IMG/VR virus record: IMGVR_UViG_3300025383_001098
Source of the DNA: a virus
Length of the DNA stretch: 64,000 nucleotides
Direction: 5' to 3' (one strand)
This document shows, piece by piece, positions 27,310-37,132 of this stretch (positions within the stretch are counted from its first letter, which is position 1; the number at the start of each line of letters is the position of its first letter). The translations under genes were made by a program, and so were the position numbers. The notes under the pieces are model-generated. The model saw only the letters and a program-made list of their open reading frames with translations. It did no database searches and had not been told where the DNA came from.

Positions 27310-27717
27310 ATGAACTTAATATCTTTCACTACAGTAGAAGAAGGTAGTAGCAGTATCAATATGGCTAACTACCGTTATTTGGGAGATAGAATCAATATAT
27401 TAGGCGCCAGACTTGATGCCGCAAGAGATGCACTGGCCAGGTCCGAAACCGCTTGGACCAAGCAATATTGGACACAGGTTATTGAACGTTTAACATTCCA
27501 ATGGCGCAATTTGCCTGCACTACACGACGGAAATGCACAGGTTAGTTTAACCCCACGCTGGACTGTTGACTATAATTTTTACGAACGAGATGACGGTGTT
27601 GGACATACCGACTGGGTGGATCGATTTATTGGTTCAGCGTCTTGGGGTCTTGAAACTCGAATGAACGAAAGTTGGAATCGAGCCCGCGAAGCACGTTTGG
27701 CCCGAGCACAATATTAA
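27310..27717 (+). CDS. Hypothetical protein
   Basis: ORF with SD downstream of the promoter. Confidence 0.65.
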   Translation: MNLISFTTVEEGSSSINMANYRYLGDRINILGARLDAARDALARSETAWTKQYWTQVIERLTFQWRNLPALHDGNAQVSLTPRWTVDYNFYERDDGVGHTDWVDRFIGSASWGLETRMNESWNRAREARLARAQY

Positions 27718-27741
27718 TTTTTTAACCTGTAAGGAGAAGTC

Positions 27742-27894
27742 ATGAGTCGTTTAGAAGCAATGGCCACAGAGGCTGTATTTCAACTGCAATTTAATACCCG
27801 CGATGCTGTTCGTTATGTTCAACGTAATGCTCAAGTTGACTATACCACTGCCCAACAGGCCATTAAACAAGTTGTAACATTCCACCGCCGCTGA
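27742..27894 (+). CDS. Small hypothetical protein (50 aa)
   Basis: aaggag SD; open frame. Confidence 0.6.
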   Translation: MSRLEAMATEAVFQLQFNTRDAVRYVQRNAQVDYTTAQQAIKQVVTFHRR

Positions 27895-27895
27895 T

Positions 27896-28150
27896 ATGCT
27901 CTGCGCCATAATTGGATTTTTAACTTCGCCGGCGGTTTGTGCAATGCCAGAAATGCTAACATCGCCCAGACCCCCGTATGAAGTTACATTTACTATGTAT
28001 GGTCCTGATCCCGACTGTTACAATCGAGATCGGCATATCAGATATCTAACCAAATTGAAAAACCAACCTGTACAGGGCGATGACGACAAAGAAAGTTATG
28101 ATAGTGCCATCGATCAATATGTACGCAGACTACAATACTATTGCCGATGA
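27896..28150 (+). CDS. Small secreted Cys-containing protein
   Basis: Signal-like N-terminus; DC..R.....L. Confidence 0.55.
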   Translation: MLCAIIGFLTSPAVCAMPEMLTSPRPPYEVTFTMYGPDPDCYNRDRHIRYLTKLKNQPVQGDDDKESYDSAIDQYVRRLQYYCR

Positions 28151-28536
28151 AAACTATTAAAGTTCTTGCTGTTATCTTGTTAGCCATGCCCGTGCTGTCG
28201 CAGGCCGAATTGTTACATAGCCCAAAAACAGAAGTCATGGATTTTCAAGATTTGAATTACTATAGAACCGACTGTAGTCACCGAACCGAGCAGTTGGCCT
28301 TTTTAAAAAACCAATTGGACAATGTACCATTTTGGGAGAAGCGAAGTAAAGCAGTTATTAATTACTATATTCGTTTTATCAAGGCCAGTTGTCCAGAGCC
28401 AGAACCGGCTAAATTTGCCAACTGTCTTTCGGTCCGAGAACAATTTGGAGAAAACTCCAGTCAAGCAACAGTATGTAGATCTCCAAATTTTAAAGGCCCT
28501 GTTATTAATCGTTGGGAAAATGAAATTGACAATTAA
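28147..28536 (+). CDS. Secreted Cys-containing protein
   Basis: Signal peptide MKTIKVLAVILLAMPVLSQA; 4 Cys. Confidence 0.65.
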   Translation: MKTIKVLAVILLAMPVLSQAELLHSPKTEVMDFQDLNYYRTDCSHRTEQLAFLKNQLDNVPFWEKRSKAVINYYIRFIKASCPEPEPAKFANCLSVREQFGENSSQATVCRSPNFKGPVINRWENEIDN

Positions 28537-28587
28537 TTCAGGTTGTGTTATAGTAGTAAGTATGTTAACCAAAGTAAGAGGTGTAAA

Positions 28588-29316
28588 ATGAAGAAGTTAG
28601 TGTTTGTAGTAGCAGTAACGTCCTTGTTAGCCGCTTGTGGCAGTACGCCCAAGTTATCGCAATCGGACGAACGTGATGTTAAACGCATGGAAGCCAGTTT
28701 TAAAACTATTCCAGATTGGTTTACTGACGTTCCTAAAAACGATGGCTCGGCTATCTATGCTGTGGGTGATGGTGTTAGTTCCAGTGCAAGTGGTGCCATT
28801 GGCAATGCTCGTGCCAATGCCTTTGAAGGCATTTGCCAAACAGCCGGGGGCAAGGTACGAAGCCAAACCAAAGTATTCCGTACAGACACAGAAAAAAATA
28901 GCAACAGCATTACCACAACCGCTATTCGTAACTTCTGCCCAGACGTTGATGTTACTGGTGCCGCAGTTGTTCGACAATCTGTAGTACAAGAAGGCTCCAG
29001 AATCCGTGCTTATGTTTTGGTACAGTTGCCATTGGGTGATAATAATGTTTTAGCTCGTACAAAACACCAAGACCGTATGGAGGAAAACCTTATTCAAAAC
29101 CGTGATCGCGAATTCCGCGAATTGGATAATTTAGTAGATCCAAAAACTCAAGCACAGCCAGTGCAAAAGGGACCAGAAGTAAGTGTGGTTAATCCCAACG
29201 GTACTACATCTACTTTGAATTTAATGCCTGTGGAAAACGAAGAGTATAAAGCTCGACGTGCAGAAGCACTTAAAAAGCCCGGTGCTGTAGTAGGACAAGT
29301 TACAGTCAATAACTAA
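28588..29316 (+). CDS. LPP20-like lipoprotein
   Basis: Lipobox LAAC; P.WF...P...IYAVG.G.S...A...A...A; own promoter TTGACA..TATAGT. Confidence 0.75.
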   Translation: MKKLVFVVAVTSLLAACGSTPKLSQSDERDVKRMEASFKTIPDWFTDVPKNDGSAIYAVGDGVSSSASGAIGNARANAFEGICQTAGGKVRSQTKVFRTDTEKNSNSITTTAIRNFCPDVDVTGAAVVRQSVVQEGSRIRAYVLVQLPLGDNNVLARTKHQDRMEENLIQNRDREFRELDNLVDPKTQAQPVQKGPEVSVVNPNGTTSTLNLMPVENEEYKARRAEALKKPGAVVGQVTVNN

Positions 29317-29392
29317 GCCGTTAATGATTGAATAAAGTAGTAGTTAATGCTCTTGCGAGGTATATTATAAATACCTTAGCGAGGGCATTTTC

Positions 29393-29875
29393 ATGGCAAG
29401 ACACAATCCCATACGTTATATTATGGAAGCACCGCTTCCAAGCAAAACATACCAACGACGACTTCAATACCGCCCAAGTTACAAAGACATCAACTACGCA
29501 TACAACAAACTCAATTTTTATCTATTTGATAATCGTCTACGCAAACCATATATAGAACAAGGTACACGCAGACAGACCTGGGGCTATTGCCAGTGGGAAG
29601 ATGAACTACAAGATACAGGTAGTTATTGCCATATCAAATTAATGGATAAATGGTTTTGCCCGCAGTGGTTTTGGAATACTCTGGCACACGAAATGGTACA
29701 TCAATGGCAATGGGACATTGGCCGTTTTGAAGGCTACAGAGTAGATACATCAAGTGGTAGTCATGGCAGAAGTTTCTTCCTATGGCGCGATAGATTTGCC
29801 CATTATGGACTTAGTCTAAAAACAGCACATGGAATGAAGCGTTGGCTAAAACATCAAACTTTTTCTAAATGTTAA
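29393..29875 (+). CDS. SprT-like zinc metalloprotease
   Basis: N..LF...L, TLAHEMVH.WQ and HG..F; TATAAATA at 29366. Confidence 0.8.
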   Translation: MARHNPIRYIMEAPLPSKTYQRRLQYRPSYKDINYAYNKLNFYLFDNRLRKPYIEQGTRRQTWGYCQWEDELQDTGSYCHIKLMDKWFCPQWFWNTLAHEMVHQWQWDIGRFEGYRVDTSSGSHGRSFFLWRDRFAHYGLSLKTAHGMKRWLKHQTFSKC

Positions 29876-29971
29876 TCTCGTAATAAAACTTTAATATTTT
29901 GTATTGCATTGCATGATAAATATCTAAGTAGAAACACTAATATGGTTTTTACTTAGAATAGGAGTCACACA

Positions 29972-30139
29972 ATGACACAATTATTAGAAAAACTTACAGA
30001 GTTTTTTAGCGTAAACGAGCAATCACAATTAGAGCAATTTATCAATAGCAAACAGCCAACTAATGCAGCAGAAGTTGAGTACTGGACAAAACAGTACGAA
30101 AACAACAACGAAGGCCTGTACTGGAGCCGTGGACTATGA
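29972..30139 (+). CDS. DUF3563-like small protein (55 aa)
   Basis: aggag SD; LLEKL..FF.....LE.F......A.VEY...YE; upstream TTGC-N-TTGCA box. Confidence 0.5.
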   Translation: MTQLLEKLTEFFSVNEQSQLEQFINSKQPTNAAEVEYWTKQYENNNEGLYWSRGL

Positions 30140-30228
30140 AACAATTTTTAAATGACATTTACGAAGCTATCAAAGCAGTACAACAGGCACGTGCCGAAGC
30201 AATGGTTAAAGGCCAATACTGGTATTAA
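30136..30228 (+). CDS. 30-aa peptide
   Basis: ATGA overlap with the previous stop; ends just before the GNAT start. Confidence 0.45.
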   Translation: MKQFLNDIYEAIKAVQQARAEAMVKGQYWY

Positions 30229-30229
30229 T

Positions 30230-30784
30230 ATGATAGTTACTCAATTCCTGCCATTTAAACAATTTCCTGACTATGGGACTTGGTTAAAAAGCCAGGATGC
30301 AGAAACACGCCAACTTTATTTTGGTATGGCAGCAACAGACTATGTAGTTGACAGTTTGGTCAGTAGAATTATCGCCGATCCTTCAGATCACTATATTTTA
30401 GTAGCACTTAAAAAAGATCAATGGGTCGGAACAATACATATTGCTGTAAACGGGTCAAGTGTTGAATTTGGCATTATTGTTGATCAACAGTATCGTGGAC
30501 AAGGCATTGGTAATCAATTAATTGAAGAAGCCATACTATGGGCTCGCAATCGTGGATATCAAGAGCTATTCATGCATTGTATCACATCAAATACCACCAT
30601 ACGACACCTGTGCAACAAACACGGACTACGGTCACGTAATATGTTAGGCGAAACAGAAGTCAACATGCCCTTAGATCTACCAAATTGGGTTACAATTAGC
30701 AAGGAAGTTGTTGCACGTCAACGCAGTTTCTTTCATTTATATCTGCAAAACACTACAAAATTCTACGAAGAAATATACGGCTAA
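30230..30784 (+). CDS. GNAT family acetyltransferase
   Basis: EFGIIV...YRGQGIG..L.....WARNRG; start reassigned to MIVTQF. Confidence 0.85.
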   Translation: MIVTQFLPFKQFPDYGTWLKSQDAETRQLYFGMAATDYVVDSLVSRIIADPSDHYILVALKKDQWVGTIHIAVNGSSVEFGIIVDQQYRGQGIGNQLIEEAILWARNRGYQELFMHCITSNTTIRHLCNKHGLRSRNMLGETEVNMPLDLPNWVTISKEVVARQRSFFHLYLQNTTKFYEEIYG

Positions 30785-30813
30785 GCTAAGTTCATAGCAA
30801 TAAATATATTACT

Positions 30814-31773
30814 ATGAAATTTTTTGAAATAGCCAACGGCCTTGAAAGTCGTCCAATTGTCTATGTAGACATGGATGGTGTTTTAGCTGATTTCTTTGGT
30901 CCTATTGCTCAACATCACGGTGTAAAAACCTGGCGCGATGCACGTCGTCAACGTAGAGCTAACCAAAGCAAAATTGATAAAATTGCAAAAAAGCCAGGAT
31001 ATTTCCTACACCTAAAACCCTTGCCCAATGCCGGTCGATTAATACACGGTGTTCTTAAACTTGCAAATCGATACAGTATTTTAAGTAGTCCATTGTTAAG
31101 TGAAGTAGAACAAAGTAGCCGTGAAAAATCTGAGTGGTTACAAAAACATCTCAAAAGCAATCCACCACGTGCTGTATTATTTGATCATGAAAAGTTCAAA
31201 TATGCCAAGCAGGCCGATGGCACGCCTAACATTCTAATTGACGACTATGATACTAACATACACCTATGGGAAGCCAATGGTGGCATTGGAATTTTATACC
31301 GAGATGAAGATTGTGCAACTGCACTAAAACAATTACAGGCTGCACTACATGGCCGATTTACTCGTACGTTCAAAGAACCCCTGGCAGTTTTACAAAAAGA
31401 AATAGAACAGACCAACGAAGACTCTGACATTAAAGAACGTCTCTATACAAATCAACAGGTATTAAAATATGTAAAGGGTATTCATAAAGAATATCATTTA
31501 GATGATCCAATTTTAGATCACAAGACCTGGATATTAAAAATGGTTCCCACTGAAGAACTTAGTAGTCCAGAAAAATACGATCAAGATGATCGTTATCGCA
31601 GAGTTATTGATCTTGATTGGGATCATATCAAGAACATTACAAAACACGACATTTTTAACCGACCCGTTGTAGCCGATGATCAAGGCTGGGTGCTGGATGG
31701 AAATCACCGTGTTACAGCAGCCCGGGCAAAAGGTATAGAATCTATTCCGGCTTTTGTCCCCTACCATAAATAA
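30814..31773 (+). CDS. HAD 5'(3')-nucleotidase fused to a ParB/Srx-like domain
   Basis: VDMDGVLADF and ILIDD motifs; C-terminal VLDGNHRVTAA. Confidence 0.8.
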   Translation: MKFFEIANGLESRPIVYVDMDGVLADFFGPIAQHHGVKTWRDARRQRRANQSKIDKIAKKPGYFLHLKPLPNAGRLIHGVLKLANRYSILSSPLLSEVEQSSREKSEWLQKHLKSNPPRAVLFDHEKFKYAKQADGTPNILIDDYDTNIHLWEANGGIGILYRDEDCATALKQLQAALHGRFTRTFKEPLAVLQKEIEQTNEDSDIKERLYTNQQVLKYVKGIHKEYHLDDPILDHKTWILKMVPTEELSSPEKYDQDDRYRRVIDLDWDHIKNITKHDIFNRPVVADDQGWVLDGNHRVTAARAKGIESIPAFVPYHK

Positions 31774-31793
31774 ATCATAACAGGAGATTTTCA

Positions 31794-32627
31794 ATGAAAA
31801 AATTAATCACGGTTGTTGCCCTGGCCCTTGTTGCTTTAACCAGCACTCAAGTGTTTGCATGGAATCAACGCCAGCCAAATCCAGTAGCACAATGCCAAGT
31901 ACACGCACCATATGGATTGCCAAATGTACAAGGTAATATCCAACCAATTTGCCGCGAAGCATATTTGGTAGGTTACGATGCTCCAGCAAAACTACCACGT
32001 TTTGTTATGTGGACATTAACACCAGGACATGCATTAGGTTGCGTAGCTCGTTCAAACGCTTTCGTAGCAGATGCTTCAGTTCCTAACGGTGCTGTTCCAG
32101 GTGACTACGCAGGTACAGGTTACGACAAAGGACATATGGCTCCAGACGGTGACCAATCATGGGATCAACAGGTTGAATATGAATCATTCTTGATGACCAA
32201 CATGAGTCCACAAGCCGGCTCATTAAACCGCGGTATTTGGAAGCTATTAGAAACTTCGGTGCGTGGTTGGGCATTCCAAGGCGGTCACAACTTTAACATT
32301 GTAAGTGGCGGCATTTACTCACAAGGTGATAAAGTAATTGGTAAGGGCGTTGTAGTTCCACACGCTTTTTACAAGATTGTTATTGATGAAAACACAGGAC
32401 AATATGCAGGCTGGATGTTCCCACACACAGCACCATATCCTAACTTGGGCAACGATTTAACCAAGTTCCGTATGCCAGTAGCACAGATCATGCAACAAGC
32501 TGGTGTTGCTTTTGTTATTCCAAAAGGTGCAACAGAACTACAACCGGGTAAAGAATGGCCTGTAGATTTTGGTGCATTAACCAACGCTAAACGCAAACTC
32601 TGCGGTGCTAATGCTTCTGTAGACTAA
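31794..32627 (+). CDS. Secreted DNA/RNA non-specific endonuclease (NucA/EndoG family)
   Basis: Signal peptide; YDKGHMAP, F.MTNMSPQ...NRG.W..LE and VP.AFYK. Confidence 0.92.
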   Translation: MKKLITVVALALVALTSTQVFAWNQRQPNPVAQCQVHAPYGLPNVQGNIQPICREAYLVGYDAPAKLPRFVMWTLTPGHALGCVARSNAFVADASVPNGAVPGDYAGTGYDKGHMAPDGDQSWDQQVEYESFLMTNMSPQAGSLNRGIWKLLETSVRGWAFQGGHNFNIVSGGIYSQGDKVIGKGVVVPHAFYKIVIDENTGQYAGWMFPHTAPYPNLGNDLTKFRMPVAQIMQQAGVAFVIPKGATELQPGKEWPVDFGALTNAKRKLCGANASVD

Positions 32628-32688
32628 TCAACTAAGTCTACGATAAATAATAGGGTAAACAACATTTACCCTATTTTTTTGACATTTT

Positions 32689-35514
32689 ATGCGTTTATCT
32701 GAAATTAGAACCCTATTAGAACAACAACTTGATGAGCTCAAGATGAGCCCTTCGAGTCTTAATACTTTTGCTCACAGTGATGCGGCCAAAGGTATTATGG
32801 CAGGGTTTGAAGCAGAATTAGTGTTTACCGGCATAGGTGGCGAACCTGAATATGACGAAGATCCCGAACCCGACTACGATGCCGATGAACGTTGCCGTAG
32901 CATAGATGATGTTATAAACTTCTTTGAATACGATGAGTACGGCTACGGTACCAGTGGCCGTGAGTTAGAACGACTACGAGATGATTTAGACGAAAAGTAC
33001 ATGGAATGGATGGATGAAAAGATGTACGACGACTGGCGAGACCAGCGTGATGATCTAATTAAAGAAAAGTGGTTAGAAGAACGTCCATGGGAAGAGCGTA
33101 TACACGCTGCTCTGGTAGATGGCTTAGATCTATCCGACGAAGAAGCCGACGCTGTTGAAGAACTACACAGTCGTATGGAGAGAAAAGAAATACGCGGCTC
33201 AGAAATGACCGAAGAGCAGTTAGAGATGATTACTCATTATAGCGAAGCTCGTGGCATTGCCGAGGATGTACTCAATGAGGATGTTGAACAAACACTAAAC
33301 AACGAAGATGGCTTTTACGACGAAGTGTTAGATGAGTTCCGTAGTGACTTTTATATGGATGATGACAGCAGTTTCTTTGATGATGTTGGCCTACGGTGGA
33401 TGAGTGACGTTGCTAACGAATTTAATCTAATGTGGCCGGTTATTACCTATACTGGTAGTAGCAATGAAGGCGGTTGGAATCAAGATGAAGCCGAACGCTT
33501 GGCCGATGACTTACATGAGCGTATGGGCGTTAAGACTAAAGTGTCTGGCGGATATCACTCAGCTACTCGGGATGACGAAACTTGGATTTTTGAACCAGAC
33601 TCAAGTTTAGACTCAGACGATTCAGAAAACATGGCTATGGAGATTGTTAGTCCGCCAATGCCACTGGAACAATGTCTGAAGTTCATGGAAGACTTCTTTA
33701 CCTGGGCTGAGGACAATGGCGCATACGCTAACAGTTCAACTGGTTTCCATATGGGAGTTAGTTTGCCGCATAGAGGCGGCGATGTTGACTATGTTAAGTT
33801 GGCCTTATTCTTAGGCGATGAATATGTGTTAAAAGATTTTGGTCGCTCAAGTAATCACTTCTGCGAAGCTGCAATGAAAAAGATCCGCCAACGTGTTAAA
33901 GGCAACGATGAAGCCATTGGCGGTGCATTAGAATTGATGCGTAGTAACTTATTAGAGTTAGCGCAAAAAGCTCTCGAGATCAACAATCATGGGTTTGGCA
34001 AGTATACCAGTATCAATCCCAAGGGCGGAGTAGACTCTACACAGCCACACAAACAACGTGGCGCCAAGTATATTGAATTCCGTTCAGCTGGTGGTAGCAA
34101 CTACTTCGAAGACATTGATAAATTAAAGAATACCCTGCTACGTTATGCACAAGCAATGGTAGTAGCCGGAGATCCTGCTGCATATCGTAACGAATATTAC
34201 AAGAAGTTATACAAATTAATAGCGCCAACTGGCGACTCGGCATTAAATTTATTTGCTCAGTTTGCCACTGGCGAAATATCAAGTACAGAACTTAAAAAGG
34301 CCTGGGCCGACAAACAGTTAGAAAAAGAGCCAACAGGCAATTGGGTCTTATACGATGCCAACGGCAAACGTGTAGAAGGTCAAACCTATAACGGGTATAC
34401 CAAAAGCGAAGCTTGGGAACGTGCTCATAAAAAGATCAGTCCCGGCGGTAGTATGGAAGGCTTCCAGAAAGAATACCGGTTATTGCCATCAAACTCTGAA
34501 ACCGGAGATTGGGAAGTCTACGACGTCAACACTGGTGAGACTTTAGAAGTCTTACGTGGATACGAAACACGCGGTCGTGCTGCCGATGCAGTTTATGACA
34601 AATACGCTGGACAAGGTATTGGATTTAACTTACGCCCAGTAGAGTCCGATGAGCCAGAACCTGAACTGACCAAACGTGAGCGCCTTGCTAAAAACATTAA
34701 AGCGGCTCCCCCAGAAGAAATTAAAAACTGGCGAGTTTACGATACTAAGACTGGCGAAGTACACTACGAACAAGAAGGTCGTAAGAGTAGCTTAGTACAG
34801 ATAATGCGTAAGTTTGAACGCGACAACAAATTACCACAAGGTCGTCTTGCTATTCAAGAGTTACCTAAAGATCCTGATAAACAAAAACAAGACTGGGACG
34901 TTGTTTACACACCAACAGGTCGTGTAATTGATAACATACTCAAAGTTGACAAGGTTGAAGCACAACGATTATTAAAACAAGTAGCCACGCTACATGACTT
35001 TGAAAACGCCGACAATTTAGAAATTAGACCAAAAGCATCTAACGATTCAGCTAATGGGGTACAAGACACCAATGTTAATGTAGAACAAAACTTTGCCACA
35101 CCACCAAGAGGCTTTTTAACACAGCCTCCTGCAACTGGCGACTACTACGAAGTTAAGTCCGGTGATAGAGTTTATGGATATGTAACAACGCAAACTGCTA
35201 CCGACAATACCAGAAGTGTTCCAATTGAAGTTAAAACGTATATCAATCAATTAACTGGACGTGATGACGCACATTTAGTGTACCGTGCGGGAAATACTCA
35301 ACCAGCAAATGCTAATGAAAGCATTAAGGTAACCCCAGTACAACCAACACGTCAAGATCCAATGCGTACCAAATACGGAACAGTACCGCGTAAAGACGAT
35401 CCTGCTCCTGCAACTCAACTGCCTGTTGCCAAGAAAGAAATAAGCAAAGGTCAGTTAGATGCAATGATCAAACAGATACAAATAGCAAGAAAATTAGGTG
35501 ACAGTAAGCAATGA
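32689..35514 (+). CDS. Large amidoligase (COOH-NH2 ligase type 2) domain protein
   Basis: GFEAE, D.SL, EIVSPP, NSSTGFH, KY.SIN and IEFR motifs; acidic insertion; repeated W.VYD..TGE modules. Confidence 0.78.
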   Translation: MRLSEIRTLLEQQLDELKMSPSSLNTFAHSDAAKGIMAGFEAELVFTGIGGEPEYDEDPEPDYDADERCRSIDDVINFFEYDEYGYGTSGRELERLRDDLDEKYMEWMDEKMYDDWRDQRDDLIKEKWLEERPWEERIHAALVDGLDLSDEEADAVEELHSRMERKEIRGSEMTEEQLEMITHYSEARGIAEDVLNEDVEQTLNNEDGFYDEVLDEFRSDFYMDDDSSFFDDVGLRWMSDVANEFNLMWPVITYTGSSNEGGWNQDEAERLADDLHERMGVKTKVSGGYHSATRDDETWIFEPDSSLDSDDSENMAMEIVSPPMPLEQCLKFMEDFFTWAEDNGAYANSSTGFHMGVSLPHRGGDVDYVKLALFLGDEYVLKDFGRSSNHFCEAAMKKIRQRVKGNDEAIGGALELMRSNLLELAQKALEINNHGFGKYTSINPKGGVDSTQPHKQRGAKYIEFRSAGGSNYFEDIDKLKNTLLRYAQAMVVAGDPAAYRNEYYKKLYKLIAPTGDSALNLFAQFATGEISSTELKKAWADKQLEKEPTGNWVLYDANGKRVEGQTYNGYTKSEAWERAHKKISPGGSMEGFQKEYRLLPSNSETGDWEVYDVNTGETLEVLRGYETRGRAADAVYDKYAGQGIGFNLRPVESDEPEPELTKRERLAKNIKAAPPEEIKNWRVYDTKTGEVHYEQEGRKSSLVQIMRKFERDNKLPQGRLAIQELPKDPDKQKQDWDVVYTPTGRVIDNILKVDKVEAQRLLKQVATLHDFENADNLEIRPKASNDSANGVQDTNVNVEQNFATPPRGFLTQPPATGDYYEVKSGDRVYGYVTTQTATDNTRSVPIEVKTYINQLTGRDDAHLVYRAGNTQPANANESIKVTPVQPTRQDPMRTKYGTVPRKDDPAPATQLPVAKKEISKGQLDAMIKQIQIARKLGDSKQ

Positions 35515-36218
35515 GAGCTCGCGACTTTGTTAAAAATAATGTAGCCTACCACAATAGGTTAAATCCTATTGCCTGGGACGGCACCGAGTTGCGTACTGAA
35601 GTTCGCGAACGTCTATTAGAAATTGCTCAAGTGTTTGAACAATATTTAGAAATTCCCGGATTCAAAGTACATGACATTGTGTTAACCGGAAGCCTGGCCA
35701 ATTTTAATTATACCAAGTACAGTGATTTTGACCTACACGTTGTTACCGACTATCAAGAGTTACAATGTGATGACGTAGCCGAAGCATTGTATCGTGCTAA
35801 AAAAGAAATTTGGAACAACCAGCACGACATCACAATCCGCGGACATGAAGTAGAGTTATATATTGAAGATACTGCCAAGCCTCCTGTGTCAGCTGGTATG
35901 TATAGTCTACTCAATAATCAATGGATCAAAGAACCCAGTTACGATCCTCCTTCGGTTGACGATTCTGCGGTAAACGCTAAAGTAGCTGATCTTATTAAAC
36001 AAATTACTTCGGCAATTGAAACAGCTGATGATCCACAAGATTTAAAACGCATCAAGGACAAGTTACGCAATATGCGTCGATCGGGGTTAGACAGTGAAGG
36101 CGAATTTGGTGTAGAAAATTTAGCATTTAAAATCCTACGTAACCAGGGCTATCTTGATCGACTAAATGACGCATATCTAAATCAACAAGATCAAGCATTA
36201 AGTTTAGAATCTCACTAA
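35511..36218 (+). CDS. Pol-beta superfamily nucleotidyltransferase
   Basis: TGSLAN.NY..YSDFDLH and VELY motifs. Confidence 0.8.
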   Translation: MRARDFVKNNVAYHNRLNPIAWDGTELRTEVRERLLEIAQVFEQYLEIPGFKVHDIVLTGSLANFNYTKYSDFDLHVVTDYQELQCDDVAEALYRAKKEIWNNQHDITIRGHEVELYIEDTAKPPVSAGMYSLLNNQWIKEPSYDPPSVDDSAVNAKVADLIKQITSAIETADDPQDLKRIKDKLRNMRRSGLDSEGEFGVENLAFKILRNQGYLDRLNDAYLNQQDQALSLESH

Positions 36219-36242
36219 GTTAGTACTCACTAACCTACCAAA

Positions 36243-36271
36243 GACCCTACTAACAGTAGGGTTTTTCTTTT
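36243..36271 (+). terminator. Rho-independent terminator
   Basis: accctact-aac-agtagggt plus T tract. Confidence 0.8.
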
Positions 36272-36273
36272 GG

Positions 36274-36302
36274 TTGACCATAAAATCCCATTTTGTTATA
36301 AT
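36274..36302 (+). promoter_or_regulatory. Early promoter
   Basis: TTGACC-17-TATAAT. Confidence 0.8.
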
Positions 36303-36332
36303 ATAGTTTGTAAATTACAAATGGAGCATTCT

Positions 36333-36662
36333 ATGTTAGAAAAAGAATTAGAAACTAAATCAGCTGGTTATTATGCCTATGCCGCTTCACGTGATGCTTC
36401 AATGAAATCTTTAATTGCCAGTACTCACTATACTGAAGCAGAAAAAATAACAGCCGAACGAGTTAAACTTGGACTTGAACATGTTTATTCTGCTCGTGGT
36501 GTTTATATTACATATCGTAAAAAATTCATCAGTATTAAACTGGATCAGCCTCGTGTTCGTGATCGTGTTAATTTACGTTTACTTGAAGAGGAATATGCAT
36601 CTAAGGGTTATGTTAAGGCATCAACTGAACAGGGTATTACATACCGTATTCCAAAATTATGA
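36333..36662 (+). CDS. Hypothetical early protein
   Basis: ggag SD before ATG 36333. Confidence 0.65.
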   Translation: MLEKELETKSAGYYAYAASRDASMKSLIASTHYTEAEKITAERVKLGLEHVYSARGVYITYRKKFISIKLDQPRVRDRVNLRLLEEEYASKGYVKASTEQGITYRIPKL

Positions 36663-37132
36663 TATTGGTATTGTTACTGCTAACCTCTGCTTGGATGTTC
36701 TTTTATCTCAAGAATAGCGAAACATTTTGGATCGTGGCCTGGCCCGGTACTGTCATGCACGAAACCCTACACTGGACTGTTGGCAAAGTCATGGGTGGTA
36801 ATCCAACCAAAATCAGTGTATTGCCAGAAAAAGATTCAAGAATAATTGGCTATGTGAACTTTGCCAACATTACCTGGTTTAATTGTGTTCCAATCAGTAT
36901 GGCACCAATGTTGGGCGTACCGGTTGCTTGGTTGCTGTTTCATTATTTGCAACCCATCGATTTTACCTGGATCGGTGCTGTAAAATTCTGGGTTATTTCG
37001 GCTACTTTGGCATCCAGCTGGCCCAGCTCTGTAGACTTTAAATTAAGTGCCAGACACCCCGAAGGATGGCTATTTTGGGGCGGTTTAGCGGTGTTGTTTT
37101 TAGGCAACAAATATTATCACTTTTTTGGTTGA
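36659..37132 (+). CDS. M50-like membrane metalloprotease
   Basis: PGTVMHETLH, multiple TMs, S.AP and PS..D. Confidence 0.7.
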   Translation: MILVLLLLTSAWMFFYLKNSETFWIVAWPGTVMHETLHWTVGKVMGGNPTKISVLPEKDSRIIGYVNFANITWFNCVPISMAPMLGVPVAWLLFHYLQPIDFTWIGAVKFWVISATLASSWPSSVDFKLSARHPEGWLFWGGLAVLFLGNKYYHFFG

